A DNA stretch of 64,000 nucleotides, counting the filler, from Piptocephalis cylindrospora (lineage: Eukaryota), in the NCBI GenBank assembly GCA_003614145.1. It is 5 parts of 5 records of this genome, joined end to end, with 100 filler letters (N's around TTAATTAATTAA, not from the genome) between each part and the next. Parts side by side here need not be neighbours in the genome. Positions count along the whole stretch, not along the records: positions 26,947 to 40,223 come from KZ987944.1; positions 40,324 to 53,544 come from KZ987945.1; 3 more parts are not named here. One strand, 5' to 3'. A model generated the notes under the pieces. That model saw only the letters and a program-made list of their open reading frames with translations. It did not search any database and had not been told where the DNA came from. A program made the position numbers and the translations under genes. Of the stretch, positions 33,816-47,204 are shown piece by piece (position 1 is the first letter of the stretch; each line of letters opens with the position of its first letter).

Positions 33816-36800
33816 ATGGTCCATTCTGACCGTGGGCTGCACAGCAAGGCGCAAGAGTTGAGGGCCCCTGATGATGGTCAAGACAACGCGTCATCCACCG
33901 AAACCTTGACTATTCCGTCCATCTTTGACGGGTGGGACAAGGCTGCGCTGAGCATGGAAGCATATCCCAATTACCACCCCTCCATGTACCGCCCTTCAGG
34001 TTCCCTCCTTTTCGACTCTACTCAGCCTTCTGCGAGTGGGGTTCCCCCAGCCACACATCTTAATCCCACTGCTTCCACAAGTAGGGTACCCTCAACCACG
34101 GACATCCTGCCTACTTCAAACCCTTTCTTTCCGAGTGCTTCCGCCTCCACCATTAAGTCCCCTAACCCTGTACCTCTTGGCTTCAGGTCAACCTCCAAGC
34201 TTTCAGAATCATCATACCGGAATTCTGGTACAAGATACAAGTCGCCTGAACCCCCATCTCGAAGGCCATCAAGTCCAACACCAGCACTTTTTGTCACGGC
34301 AACAAAACCCTCAGAAGGGTCCCTGTCCAGACATGAAAGGGTGGAAGGTGAAGAAAGTACACGTGAGAAAGGATCTTCTATTCACCCTACTGAAGATTCC
34401 ATGGATGATACGGATGAGGTAAGTGAAGCGGGGGAAGTGGATATCCTGAAGGCATTTATAGGCCATCTAACCAGACAAAGGTCTATGTGACCCGCTATTC
34501 GCGCACTAACCATTTGGACTTGCCCATAATCATTAGGATATCCCGGAACCACCGGTTCTCCAATCCCTTCGGTACAATCAAGAAAACACATCCTCAAGTT
34601 CCGGAGCCTTCTCTTCACAGGCTACTTCTGTAGGTGGGGAAGAGTAAAATTAAAATGATTATACTGAATTGACGCCCTACCTTACTGTCCTGTTGTTAGA
34701 TTGGGGCGTCAGAAAAGAAGGAAAGATCCCGCTCTCCCGAGGAACCTTGGAGGCGAAAAACTCCCTTAAAAACAGAGATTTTGGTAAGTAGTTAGTTTTG
34801 ATCCTTTACTAGGTCAACCACGAGAAAGTGCAAAGTGACTCGAGTGTCTGCCCACACGCATCCTTATCCACCCATCCCTGCAATAGAATCGTCACGCTCT
34901 TTCTACTTCCACTCAGGAGGGATCCGGATCTTACTCTCTTCCTAGGCCCGCCTCGTCCTATCACACTCCTGCAGCATCGTTGAAGAGGTCGATCCCTGCT
35001 ACCACCGACAGGATGGTAATGCCAAGAAGGTGGTATCGGTTAGGTGGAGTCGCCAGGAGGGTGGCAAGGACTGAGGAGGAGATTGAGGAGGATAGTGAGG
35101 AGAAACTGGAGGATGAGCTACCTCCTTTCTCTGTGGATTCCCATCCCTCTGAAGCCTCCTCCTCCTCTAAGGATCGAACAAAAAAAGGGAAAGAGTTTTC
35201 ATGGGAGGGCCGAGGTCAGGCACGGGACGTGTCCACTGCCAAGGAAAAGGTCCGGGATAATCCTTATCCCACTTCAAGATTCCTCTCTCGCTTTCTCACC
35301 AGACAAAGCTCTCATCGAGGGCATGAGCATCGTGTAGAACCTTCCGCAAGACCAACCCATTCGTATCGTCCATCTGCATCATCAGCATCCTCCTCTTCCC
35401 GTCCCCCAACTCGGGCATCTCAATCGAATCGTCCTTGGAACCAAACTGCTCCGGGACAGATGGATTCGCGGCCTGTTCAGCCTCAGTCCCCTCGTCCACC
35501 CGCGCCTGCTTCTTCTTTGTCGTTGGACTCCTCCCATCACTCTCCAGTTCCCGCTCTATCCTTCCCTGTATCTTCATCCACTTCCTCTTCACAGCATCAT
35601 GCCTATTCTCGTGTCGACCCTCCAGAATCTCCAGCACCCAAAAGCGTCAAGGCCTATGCTTTTGCCTCTGGAGCCTCCTCTTCCTCTTTGGATGTCCAAG
35701 CCGACAGAGAAGGCCATATGACACAAGGATCAGCCCGGCAGAGAGAGGCTCAGCCCATTTCCCCGAGCCGCCTCACGCCAGGTCCGACCCCGGCCTCCGC
35801 TTCATCGACCTCCCAGGAGCCTCATGTAGTCGCGGAGTTGGGTAGGGCAGATCACATTGCCCACCCTATAGTCCCCTCTACAGAGCCTCCCCAAAGAGAG
35901 TTGGGGAATGAGCCTGATCCAGTTCCCACAGAGAATGCTGGTGAGGCCCCCCCTCCCTCAGTCCACACCCCCACTCTCATCCAGGTGAGCCCCTATATCC
36001 TTTCTCCCTAGCCCCTTTCAAATACTCATTCACTTTCTTTCCATTTATCCTCCTAGGTTAAGGAGAGAACTTTCACTAAACTACGCACCATTGGTCGAGG
36101 AGGAAGTAGCTCCGTATATCGCGTTATGGCAAAGAATTACCGGATCTTTGCTCTGAAACGTGTTAGCCTCAAGAAAGCTTCAAGGGAAGAGCAGGAGATG
36201 TACATGAATGAGATCGAGTTCCTGCGGAAGCTAAGAAACAATGAGCGAATCATCCAATTGTGTGATTACGAAATCAACCTAGAAAAAGGGTACGTAATTA
36301 TACTTATGGAAATCGGGGAAGTCGACCTGGCGACGGTGTTGGATCGGTGGAAAGATCGAAAAAAAAATATGAACTTTGTGCGGATGTACTGGGAGCAGAT
36401 GCTGTCCGCTGTTCACACCATCCACGAGGAGAAGATCGTGCACTCCGATCTCAAGCCTGCCAACTTTCTCCTCGTTCGGGGCAATCTCAAATTAATTGAC
36501 TTTGGGATTGCTAAGCGCATTGCTAATGATACCACTAATATTCGCCGGGATCAGCAAGTGGGAACGGTGAACTATATGAGCCCCGAAGCTCTGCAGGATA
36601 CCGGAGAGGACCGAAGTATAGGGAGGAAGTTGATGAAGCTGGGCCGGGCCAGTGATGTCTGGTCTCTGGGCTGCATCCTTTACCAGATGCTCTACGGCCA
36701 CACTCCTTTCGCTGACTACAGATTCACAGTCAAACTGCATGCTATCGTGGATGAGTCCTTTGCCATCAATTACCCCGAGTGGTTGGAGTACGATTCGAAC

Positions 36801-37342
36801 GAGAAGGTCGGGGAGACACATGAAGGTGAAGGGGAGGAGGGGAAGGATGCTGAAGATGGGGAGGGGACAGGTTCATCGGAACCCGCGGGATCAAGCGAGA
36901 GATCGAAGATCCGGGTCAAGGTGGATGTGGATGGGATTGACACGATTCGGGCTTGTCTTCAGCGTGATCCTAAGCAACGCCGGTCTATCCCCCAGCTCCT
37001 CCAAGATCCACTTCTGCACCCTGGAGAAAACCGTATGGGTGTCCCGGCTGTCCGATGGATTGTCCAAAGCGCTCTTTCCCTTTACCGAACGCGAAGAAGG
37101 CCAGGAGACCGCCCCGGTTGGCGATCTGGGCCACCCCGCCTAGAGGGCCCCATGGATCGAGTATTGCAGGACGGTGTGGACTGGAGTGGAGTGGATCCTG
37201 AGGAATTGGATCAAGTCTCCGAGGTATGCTGCATCTATTGATTATTGTGAGTGATTGGGCGGGGCTATTCGACTTACGTTTGCTTCCTGCACAGGCATTG
37301 TTGGAGAGATGGAATATGATGTCGCGAGATCGGGATAGGTGA
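33816..37342 (+). CDS. MPS1: Mps1/TTK dual-specificity kinase, 6 exons (kinase exon about 36057-37223)
   Basis: IGRGGSSSVY, ALKRV, HSDLKPANFL, LKLIDFGIAKRIANDTTNIRRDQQVGTVNYMSPE (Mps1 activation loop). Upstream exons splice in phase into a long disordered N-terminus. Confidence 0.93.
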
Positions 37343-37697
37343 TATGGAGAGTATACGCTCATAATTATAGCGCCTTGCATGACTTATGCCTGAGACGATC
37401 AACAAGGGATGCACATGAGGAAGGTGTTGGATCCTATCCTTCCCTAGTTTTCTTTGTTTCTTCTACATACAATGTATCGTGAAAGTGAGCCGATATTTAT
37501 ACCGTCATGGATCCTTTTCTTCGCCATTCTTCTTCTGGGAACTATTCTTGATGAAACAAAATACACTAGACACGCATGAATCATACAATCAAGAAGAACT
37601 AAAGCGACCTTAAATTGATCAATAGCCTATTGCAGAAATCAAGGAATTATGATATAGATTACACCGGCGCACTTTCGATGCAGGATCAGCAAGGATA

Positions 37698-38312
37698 CAT
37701 TAAGGTTGGGCGCAGGAGGACGGGAGGTGCGTCATCTGGACGGACAAGCCCAAGGTTAATCGTATGGACTCGGATGGCACCTGGTGGTGCTAGAGAAGGC
37801 TTAGAGATGTCATCCATGGCGAGAATACGGTGCCTAAACTAAGTTTGAAGGAGGTAATGTGCTGATTTGGGGCTGTACCTCTGTCTATGGAATTGGTAGA
37901 CCCCATAGGATTGACGGAAGAATGAATGGGGAAGTAAATAGTACCGCATTGAAAGAGAGTTATCTATCATCGATGGATGACTAGGGCCCCGGCGAAGAGA
38001 ATAACATCTTCCAGCAGGATAATGACCCAAAGCATTCCTCCACCAGCTCTCGGAGTTGGCTTTCCTCAAATGGGTTCCGTCCTGGAATGGCCCTCTCAGT
38101 CTCCAGACTTGAATCCCATTGAACACCTCTGGGGATATCTAAAGAGGCAACTAGCCGCCTACAAGAGGGCCCCCACTAGCATCAATGCTCTTTGGATCCG
38201 GGTGGAATCAGAATGGGAGCAGATCCCCCATGATGTAGTCCTGAATCTCATCGACAGCATGCCTTCAAGAATTCAGGCCGTCCTAAAAGCAAAGGGTGGA
38301 AGTACAAGATAT
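37698..38312 (+). mobile_element. Decayed Tc1/mariner (DD34E-type) transposase fragment
   Basis: VIWTD..., GGNVLIWGC, IFQQDNDPKH, WPSQSPDLNPIEHLW, SMPSRIQAVLKAKGGSTRY; in-frame TAG at 37982-37984 and a frameshift near 38075; no TIRs found. Confidence 0.92.
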
Positions 38313-39801
38313 TGCTGGTTGGAGATGGAATTTGCAGAATCCTATGGCAAAACTGTGTCAAGATGATAAAACCTTTATATTTCTCCTCAGTGGGGTAGGC
38401 TGTTAGGCATCCGAAAACATAACCCGCCCAAATAGGCCAGCATGCGTGGTACCAGGGATTATGTCCCCGACGTGTGCCCTATACTCAAGTCCTCATGAGC
38501 ACTACAGACACCTGAAACCTACTATCACCTGGAGAAATATTCGTCACCACGAGGATTGCTCGGTCCATTTAGGGAAACTAGAGATTTGGATGGGCATACC
38601 ATCCTCAGTTCTTTTCTATGATGCAGTATACAGAGCTACTTCCTTCTTGCTCTTCCTATATATACTAATTTTTTTATGTACTAATTTAATGCAGGCATCA
38701 AAGTTTCGAACGCGACCACCAGTTATTCATTCAGGACTTCACCCACTCTCTGAATCGTCGTTTCCAATTGGGGCCCCTCCTAGCCTGCCTATTAGCTGTT
38801 TCTCTCGACGGATTCCACACACCAGCTCCTCAAAGAAAATGAAATCTAATGCCTAGAGAGCGTGAAACTATGAGCAGAGTCCATTCGCTCATCTTTTTAT
38901 GCGCCTTAGGAAATCGCAGACTGTGTGTGTGTGTAACTGTTCTCTATTCATCTACTGTGTTCGGATGCCCATCTGCCTACCCCACTGGGGAAAATAAAAC
39001 GGTTTTATCATCATTCTCTATTCATCAGCCCAGCATAGGTGCCAGAGTTCTGGCCGCTACCTATCAATTATTTGGACGTGGAAAGCGTACAAGGTAGGTT
39101 ATCTGTTTGGCTTAATTAGCAGAGGAGCCTTGCTCAGGGAAGCATCATTGGTCCCATCGGAAAGCACAATGGCAAGCACGCCAACCTTAGGAAGGAGTAA
39201 ATAGGAATGGAGCAGCAGTTAAGTGAGGGTGTATCATCATGCCAAGGCTTTTGAAGCAAGATAAAGATCCAATAGAACGAAATGGTGATCATATGGTCTC
39301 GGTCACTGAGAGTCATTGGATAATAGACTGTTACCGCCTTGAGTATGTCTTCTGTGGACCTCTGAATGAGAGGGAAGAGGTGTACAACACTATACTGTAG
39401 AGACCCTTGAAACGGATAAGGTAGTTTGGGGCGGAGATTGAATTATCTCTCTCGTTGGGATTCCCTTTCTTCACACCTCCTGACTGTCCGGGGCCTCTAT
39501 CTCCGCCCTTTCTTTATGGGTGTGAGAGCAACATTTTACTAGTTCATCTCTTCTCCGATTATCCTTCAGAGGTACATTTCCCATAGGTCCATTGTGCCTC
39601 CTGCTCCTCCCATGTAACATATTTAAATGGGGGTCAGTTCGAAGCCCTTACTTCCAACCTGCCTTGCTCGCCCCACAAATTACCCACCCCTATCTTCCTA
39701 CCCTCCTACCCTCCTCACTTCAAAGAGCTTTGGCCTCTTCTCTATCTCTACTTTTCTTTCCAAGCGACTATCCCTTTTTCCATCACCTCTTCAATATCAT
39801 T

Positions 39802-40223
39802 ATGAGGCTCGTAGGCACCCTGTGCATCTCCGTCATGCTGGCCATGCCGTTGATTATTACTGCTGCTCCTGCTCCTGATCCCGTTGGACGAGATACCTGC
39901 AAATCCGACAGCGACTGCACTGATAACGCCGTGTCTGGCAAGGGCTATTATTGTCATATCCCAGAGGACGCCAGCGCTGGCACGTGCATTGGTAAGGGTA
40001 CAATCTCTGGTGAGACTGGTGAGCCTGGAGATGAGGACGAGGGCGAGGAGGGGGGCGAGGATGAGAACGAGGATGAAGATGAGGAGGAGGAAGAGGACAA
40101 TGCTCCCGTCGGGCGCGATACCTGCAAATCCGACAGCGACTGCACTGATAACGCCGTGTCTGGCAAGGGCTATTATTGTCATATCCCAGAGGACGCCAGC
40201 GCTGGCACGTGCATTGGTAAGGG
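39802..40223 (+). CDS. Secreted Cys-rich tandem-repeat protein (3'-truncated)
   Basis: Signal peptide MRLVGTLCISVMLAMPLIITA; two identical modules PVGRDTCKSDSDCTDNAVSGKGYYCHIPEDASAGTCIGK with a 225-nt period and an acidic spacer. Confidence 0.85.
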
Positions 40224-40323
40224 NNNNNNNNNNNNNNNNNNNNNNNNNNNNNNNNNNNNNNNNNNNNTTAATTAATTAANNNNNNNNNNNNNNNNNNNNN
40301 NNNNNNNNNNNNNNNNNNNNNNN
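40224..40323. other. Artificial contig spacer
   Basis: N44-TTAATTAATTAA-N44. Confidence 0.99.
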
Positions 40324-41918
40324 CTTATACCAATACTCCCCTTCACCCATTCCCTTTTTCGGGGGGTCCAAGGGACCGAGCTGGGGGGGGGAGGCGAGGG
40401 GGCGGGGAGGGGCGGGGCGGGTGTTTAGTATTATCTCGCACGTAGAGCAGCCCCTTGAGTCACAAGTGATGCCATCTCACCACATGTTCCCTTCAAGGGA
40501 GCGAGTAAGGGGGATGGAGGGGGGGAGATCCCGCACCTTGGGCCCAGACCAAGCTTGAGGAATCGCCGATGTGTGTGTGCGGGGGTTGAAAACGGGAGAA
40601 GGATGGGAGGGAAGGAGGCCCATTTGCTGCTTAGGATGAAGTCATTAGCCGCTGGGTATGTTCCAGATAGGAGGAGGAGGAGGGGGAGGGGAGGGAAAGC
40701 GGGTCGGAGTGGGCCAAGATAGTCTTTTCTCCAATGGTAGGCACTTGCACTGGTGTATTGGAAAGAGCTCGAGAAAAAAAGGTAAGGTTTACTCCTCTCC
40801 TCTCTCACACGCCGTCCAGGGCCATCGAGGGAATGGGGCATGGGGAGATGAAGGCAAACGACGACGCTCATGTCGACGGACGGAAAAACCAGCGGATGGA
40901 GAGGATCTCTTCGTGCTCCAGGGATGGGAGGGGTGAATGGGATACACAAACTCAGTGTGTGTGTGTGCTACTTCACTGCAGGAAGCGGGGCATTGACTGA
41001 GTTGACACGGTGCCGTATCGTCCCAGGGATTTCCACGAGTTCCTTCCAAGACCTCCTCCTCCACCACCTATTACCCGGCCCGATGATCTTGGTTTGGCTT
41101 GGCTCGAGGTGCGGAGCGGGGCGAGGAGGAGGGACCAGTGGGAGGGGATGGGGTGGGCAGGTCGAGTCCTGTAGGCTGGGCTATTCTTCCTGCTGATGTC
41201 GCCATCGAGGAAGGGGTAGAATCAAGTGGAGATGCCGCCGAGTGTGTGTGTCGGGGCTATTGCAAGACCCTTGATCCCATTCTATTGACTGGAAGGCAGG
41301 TGAGATGAGTGGTGGGAGAAAGGTCCACTTTAAATGCAAGGGGGAGCATTCCCATCCTCCTAGGGATGGGGAGGGGGGAGGACAAGGGAGTCCATTGGTT
41401 CCTACATCAACAGGGACAGCTTTCATCCCGCCTTCCAGCATCGAGCATTTCCACTCTGCCTTCCACGTTCATCTATTTATTGGGGAGCTGGTCAAAGGCG
41501 TGGCCCTGTAGGAGAGAAGAGAGACGGGGGTGGGTGGTGCTGGACCCTTCTTTTCATTATCTGTACCTGCCCCCCCCTTTCTGCACTGCAGATCCCTTCG
41601 CCTCTCCTGATGCGCCATGTCGGTGGCTCTGCTGACTGGTGAGAGGTGACAGATGAGAGGGGGGAGGGGGACACACACACACACACTGTACATGCTCATT
41701 GATCCCCGCCAAAAATAAACCCTCATGCATAGACTGACACACACAGGAGAGCATGGTGGCGGATGAGATTCAGGAGAATAAAGAGTAGGGAGCTAGGCTA
41801 ACCAAATCGAGTCAATAACATCTACATCATTGTGTTGTTTTGCAGAGAAAGACAAGACGCACACACACGTCCACACACACACACACGTCCACACACACAC
41901 GGACCAGGAGAGAGATGA

Positions 41919-42704
41919 TCAGTGGCGCTTGGACCTGCCCTGACGATGTCCATGGCCTCCACCTCCCCTTCGACCATGTTGCTCGTCCCGCTGTTTCGCC
42001 AGGAGGATGGCCACACGGATAAAGATGGCGACCATGTCCACGTAGAGCTGGGCCGCATCCCCGGGGACATCCAGGATGCCCCGCTCCACCTTTCCGAGCA
42101 TCAGCTGAGTATCGTAGATGACATAGGCGGAGAAGAGGAAGAGTCCGAGGAAGAGCTCGGTCGTCGCCATGAACTGGGAACCGAGGAAGAGCTGGGCCAG
42201 GAGGGTGAAGGAAAGAACCGCGGTCAGAGCCCCAATCAACGCGCCCATGTACATCCCCAGACGGCGGGAGGAGAGGGCCGCCGAGGCACTGAGGGAGGCA
42301 AACAGGATGACCGTGGTCATAAGGGCCGATGTGACCACCGAGGGATACATGTCCAGGAGATGCAGGAGGAGTGGGGAGAGGACCATGCCCTTGAACAGGG
42401 CAAAGCTTCCCAGTAGTCCATAGCGCATCCCGTCATTCTCCTTTCCGGGCCTCATCAACGTCACTCCAAGGAGGGAGAGGAAGGACAGGGCAAAGGGCAC
42501 GAGGGGGTTGTTGAACGGGCTCACCGACGCTCCAACCGCCGAGAGGACACCACACACCCCCAGCGCCCCATACACCCTGGTCACATGCGACTTTGCCGTG
42601 GGAGAGAGGCTGGCTGTGCTGAAGAGATCGCCCATCGTTGGCGACCCCGTCCCCCACTGATTCCACGCGCCAGGGGGGCTTTGATAGGAGGTACCAGTCG
42701 ACAT
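41919..42704 (-). CDS. TMBIM6: Bax inhibitor-1 family (TMBIM6-like) membrane protein
   Basis: HVTRVYGAL, 6-7 TMs, YVIYDTQLM and LYVDMVAIFIRV motifs, basic C-tail. Confidence 0.9.
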   Translation of the reverse strand: MSTGTSYQSPPGAWNQWGTGSPTMGDLFSTASLSPTAKSHVTRVYGALGVCGVLSAVGASVSPFNNPLVPFALSFLSLLGVTLMRPGKENDGMRYGLLGSFALFKGMVLSPLLLHLLDMYPSVVTSALMTTVILFASLSASAALSSRRLGMYMGALIGALTAVLSFTLLAQLFLGSQFMATTELFLGLFLFSAYVIYDTQLMLGKVERGILDVPGDAAQLYVDMVAIFIRVAILLAKQRDEQHGRRGGGGHGHRQGRSKRH

Positions 42705-42982
42705 GGTAAGAGTAAGATCGCACTCGGAGGAGGTGTGGGAGAGATGTCGGGTCAGAGGGAGGTGTTGCGAAAGAGATCAGAGGATTAAGTGATGGATGAT
42801 CCGAGTAGAGTGCTTGAGATCAGAGAGAGGAATGTCTTGGCTATCATCCCTAGAGGTTCTTGCCACAATCCACCCCATCCCTTTATATTCTCTCGCACAC
42901 ACGCCCTCTCTCCCCCTCCTCATCATATGGCTCAGACCCGTTCGATTTTGGTAACGTGGTCTGAGTCAAGCAGCACAGAGGC

Positions 42983-42985
<3 letters not shown>

Positions 42986-43023
<38 letters not shown>
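42986..43023 (+). repeat. (TG)n microsatellite
   Basis: About 19 TG units. Confidence 0.95.
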
Positions 43024-43024
<1 letters not shown>

Positions 43025-43471
43025 ACGGGGAGGAATGCGAGGGTGCTAGTATTGCTGTCAGGTACTCAACAGCACACACCAGGCAGTCTCTGGCACTACT
43101 ACAGCTTTGTTTGGATCTCTCTGTGTGTATGTGTCAGCCTCCCCCCTATTGATTTCGCCATTCCGATAGAGGCCGTAACACTAAGCCCCTTCAAGGATGG
43201 CAATAATACCCCTCTCTCTTCTATTGATACTGTTGTGGATGAGGTTCATCGTGGTCTCCTCTGACACGTTTATAGCCCACTGGTAGGCATAGAATGACTT
43301 GCGCATATGATTCACGAGACGGTCAGCTCGTTCGCTTCATCCTCATTGACCATCCATCCAGTCTCTACGCGGCGAAGGGCCTCCTCTTGGGATATCGTGT
43401 GCGTGAGAGGGATGGGTGAGCCATCTGGACCCGTTTTAAGGGATACGCCCTATTATTATTCATGGTGGTGC

Positions 43472-43518
43472 TGTTTGTTATTGTTGTTATTGTTGTTGTT
43501 GCTGCTGTTGCTGTTATT
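43472..43518 (+). repeat. Imperfect (TTG/CTG/TTA)n trinucleotide repeat
   Basis: Seen directly in the sequence. Confidence 0.85.
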
Positions 43519-44172
43519 ACCAAACTCAATGGGCCTTGGCCTCGTGTAGGATACGGAGACTAGTGGGATTATTTGAACCCCCGATCATCCCCAGTATCTA
43601 ATCAAAGGATCATTCCCATCCCTGAACCCACCTACCCCACACATCCTTTCCCTCCTCATGAATACTCCTCCCCCACACGTTCTCTTTTCCCTAAAAAAAC
43701 TCCGATAGCTATAGTGCCAGCATTGGTGTGGTCCCTGAGAGGCTGTCAAAGGGGCGGCCATCTCCACTTTTCAACCTGTGTATTTAACATCCAAACCTTC
43801 AGTCTTCATTCAACCGTCTTCTCTTCCTCCTTCACCTGTCCATCTTTACCCTTTTACGTCTATCCTCTCCTTTTCCTTCTCAACCCGCTCACTTTGACGA
43901 TCCTCCTCCTCCTCCTCCTTCTCGTCCCCCTGACAGACCTTGTCACGTCCCATCTGGTCAGACCTCTCTGGCTCATCACGTCCCATCTGGTCACTCATCT
44001 GTCCTATCACGTCGCCATCGACTCGGGCCCATCTATCCTGCTACGCTCCAGCTTTCAGCCCCTCTCCCACCTCCTCCCTGGACCTTCTGACCACTTGTCT
44101 TCTCCTTCCCTATCTCTTACTTGCTTTTTCCTCGGCGCATACCCCTAGTCTATTCCTGAATTCTTCGTCCCA

Positions 44173-46556
44173 ATGGACCATGGATCCCACTTTCCACCGC
44201 CCCCTCCTACCCATCGACCCCACATCGTCGGTCAAACCCCTTCTCACTATGCCCGAGGTCGGGGGAAAGCACCACCTTTGGTATTCGTGAGGCCGACCCC
44301 TCCATCCCTTCCCCCCCTCCCCCCGCCACAGCCTATGCTAATGCCCCGGTCATCGTAACAAAGTCAGAGAGGCCCAATCAATTTTTCCGAACCCGGAAAC
44401 GCATGTACCTATGTCTTTGCTCCCTCCTCCTCCTCCTCCTCCTTCTCATCCTCATCCCCCTCATCGTCCTCGTCATCGTCCCGGCCGTCGCCCAATCCGC
44501 CATCAACGGCTCCAAAATGTCCATCACCTCCGCCAACATCACCTCCCCCCAGGAGGATAGCTTTGTCATGCGCATGTCCGGCCTCGTCACCGACACCGGT
44601 CCCTTTGACGCGGAAATCGAAATGGCCGGCCCCATCCAGGTCTACTCGGATGGTGTCCTCCTAGGTGAAATGATCATGGACCCCATCTCCTCCAAGGCCG
44701 GCGTCGGCGCTAAACTCGAGTCCTCCCCCACCTTCCGTGTCACCAACAAGGAGGGCTTTGGCGACTTTTCCGGCCGTATGCTCCGTACAGAGAGCTTCAC
44801 CTGGACCCTGGATGGCCAGGTCAACATCATCGCCATGGGTATGACCCTCACCGGCATTCGTCTTCGAAAGGAAATTACCATGAAGGGCATGGGAAACTTC
44901 CCCGGCGTCAAAATCCTTGCCTTTGATCTTCCCGCTAATCATCCCAACGGTGGAATCGCCCTCTCCCTCACCTCCTCCCTCAATAATCCCTCCCCCATTG
45001 GCATGGAGGTGGGTGACATGGCCTTTGACATCATCTACAGCGGCATGAAAATCGGCGAGGCCGAGGCCACCGCCGTCAATCTTATCTCGGGCGTCAATGA
45101 AATCCGCATGGAGGGGAGGATGATCCCCCAGACCTCTCCCGAGGGTCTCGCCGTCGTATCCGACATGTTCACCCGGTACATGGCCGGCGAAACCTCACCC
45201 ATGAGCTGTATCGGCACCCGCACCCGTCCCACCCCCACCGCTGCCCCCCTCTCCTGGTTACAAAGGGGCTTTGCTGGCATGAAACTCGATGTACCCTTCC
45301 CCGGCGCCCAGGGCCTCAAGCTCATTCAAAAGGTCGAGATCGGGTCCATGGACATGGCTTTTACCCCCGCCACTGCCTATTCCCCAACCGCCTCCTCCAA
45401 TGCCGTCTACGCCTGGTTCAAGATGCCTTTCACCTTTCCCCTGGAAATGCGCCAGATTGAGCAGGATATCACCATCCTCGATGGTGGCTCCGACCTCGTT
45501 CACATGTCCACCCCCTGGGGCCCTGCCTCTGGCACCTCTGCTGAGGGCGTCATGACCGCCGGCTTCCATGATGCTACCATGGAGGTGGTCCAGGGCCAGG
45601 AGGCCCGCTTTGACCGCTTTGTCTACGACCTTAACATGGACGCCTCCAAGTCCTTTACCATGCGTGGAAAGGCCAATGCCGTTACTTCCACCGCCGTTGG
45701 TGACGTCACCATCCGAGGCATCCAATTTGAAGACACTGTCAGTCTCCTTGGGCTCAAGGGTCTCAACTCCGAGCCCGTCACCGTTCAATCTATGCGTCTG
45801 ACTGGAGGCAACCCAGACTACCTCGTCATCGAGATGGTCGTCGGCATCATCAGCCCCTCCAATGTCGGCATCTCCGTTGGCCATGTCGAGATGGATGCCT
45901 ACTATTCTGGTCATCGTATGGGTCGTGTCATCATCCCAGATATGGTCCTGAAACCCGGCATGAACTCGGTTTCCTCCCGTATGCACTATGCCCCACAGGA
46001 CCCTTCCGCTGTCGCCGCAGGGAGAGATCTCTTGAGCAAGTATGTCATGGCTCAGGACTCTGTCATGGGTGTTGCTGGTACCGAAGATTCCACCACCATC
46101 CAGTCCCTTCGACCGGCTCTCCAGGCCATCCGTTTCACCACCGTTGTCCCCGGTCTTCGGAACCAGCCATTGATCAAGCAAGCCTACTTCTCCATCAACC
46201 TCGGAACCGTCTTCACTCGCAAGGCCAAGGCCGCCATCGATGCCTATAATCCCCTGGACGCTGACATCGAATTCATCGGTATGGAGTCCATCATGTACTA
46301 CAAGGGAAAGAACGTCGGGGTTATCTCCCAGGACCTCCGCTCCAATCCCATGCGTATCCCCGCCAAGGGTGTCGTCCACTCCCCACAATGGCCCGTCAAG
46401 ATCAAACTTAACCTCACCGCCATCAAGCTCCTTGTGTCAGCCATCAAGGGTGGTCTTGAGGTTGAGATCTCCTCGGTCATCACCGCTTCCGTCGGTGGGT
46501 ATGAGATGATGCTGGACTATTCTCAGTCTGGTGTACGGACTGTGTTGGGCAAGTAA
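44173..46556 (+). CDS. DUF3712 family type II membrane protein with tandem LEA_2/WHy-like beta repeats; probable intron 44287-44363
   Basis: TM LCLCSLLLLLLLLILIPLIVLVIV followed by AQSAINGS and repeated NPSPIGMEVGDMAF / SPSNVGISVGHVEM and L.GL.GL motifs. Confidence 0.85.
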
Positions 46557-47204
46557 GAGTGGGTGTGGCATAAAATTCATAAGGGGAGAGTAGCCCCTTT
46601 TTTTAATTTCGGATCACGTGCCTTTATTTTATATCCTATATGTATGGCAAGTGTGGGGCAAATGGTGCCCACCCATCGGAAGAGCGAGCTCTTCCGGAGG
46701 ATTATAATGTGAAGATAGGTATGGGCATGAGGTGTGTGGGTATAATTGTAGAAAGGCACAAGGAGGCTTAAAGCCGCGTACAGGATATGATCTGAGCTAG
46801 GAGCGCTTTGATCACAGAATATATACTTGAGAAAGCCTATTCTAGAGACGCACTGGACAGGGGAGAATATGAGAAAGTATTTAAGGCGGGAAAGCGAGGG
46901 AGAATACTCCCGCTCTGGAACTCGCCCTTCCGTTTCTGTCTTCCTTTTGCACCTTTGTTCTTTCCTTAATCCGCATTTCTGCTTGATTCTCGACTTATCT
47001 GGCTGAATCATTTAGTTTGTCACAGCAAGTATGAGTAGTGATGATGATGCGATGGCTTATATCGTGAGAGCAACAAAAACACAGTCAGCGGTATGCTAGA
47101 AAAGGTACATTGAACTCGTGCTCCTGAATCATCCATCTGGTCTAAGGTGGAGGGGGAAAGGACAAGCACACACATACACCCACTTGGACACACATAGACC
47201 GACA

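Noticed and set aside
40324..41800. Cluster of short ORFs with a few splice-like sites
   Set aside because: No consistent exon chain or recognisable protein could be built; low-complexity, GT-repeat-rich DNA.
45258..46388. Long antisense ORFs over the DUF3712, AsnRS, RPT5 and MTS1 genes
   Set aside because: Expected shadows of strongly biased codon usage; no independent motifs.
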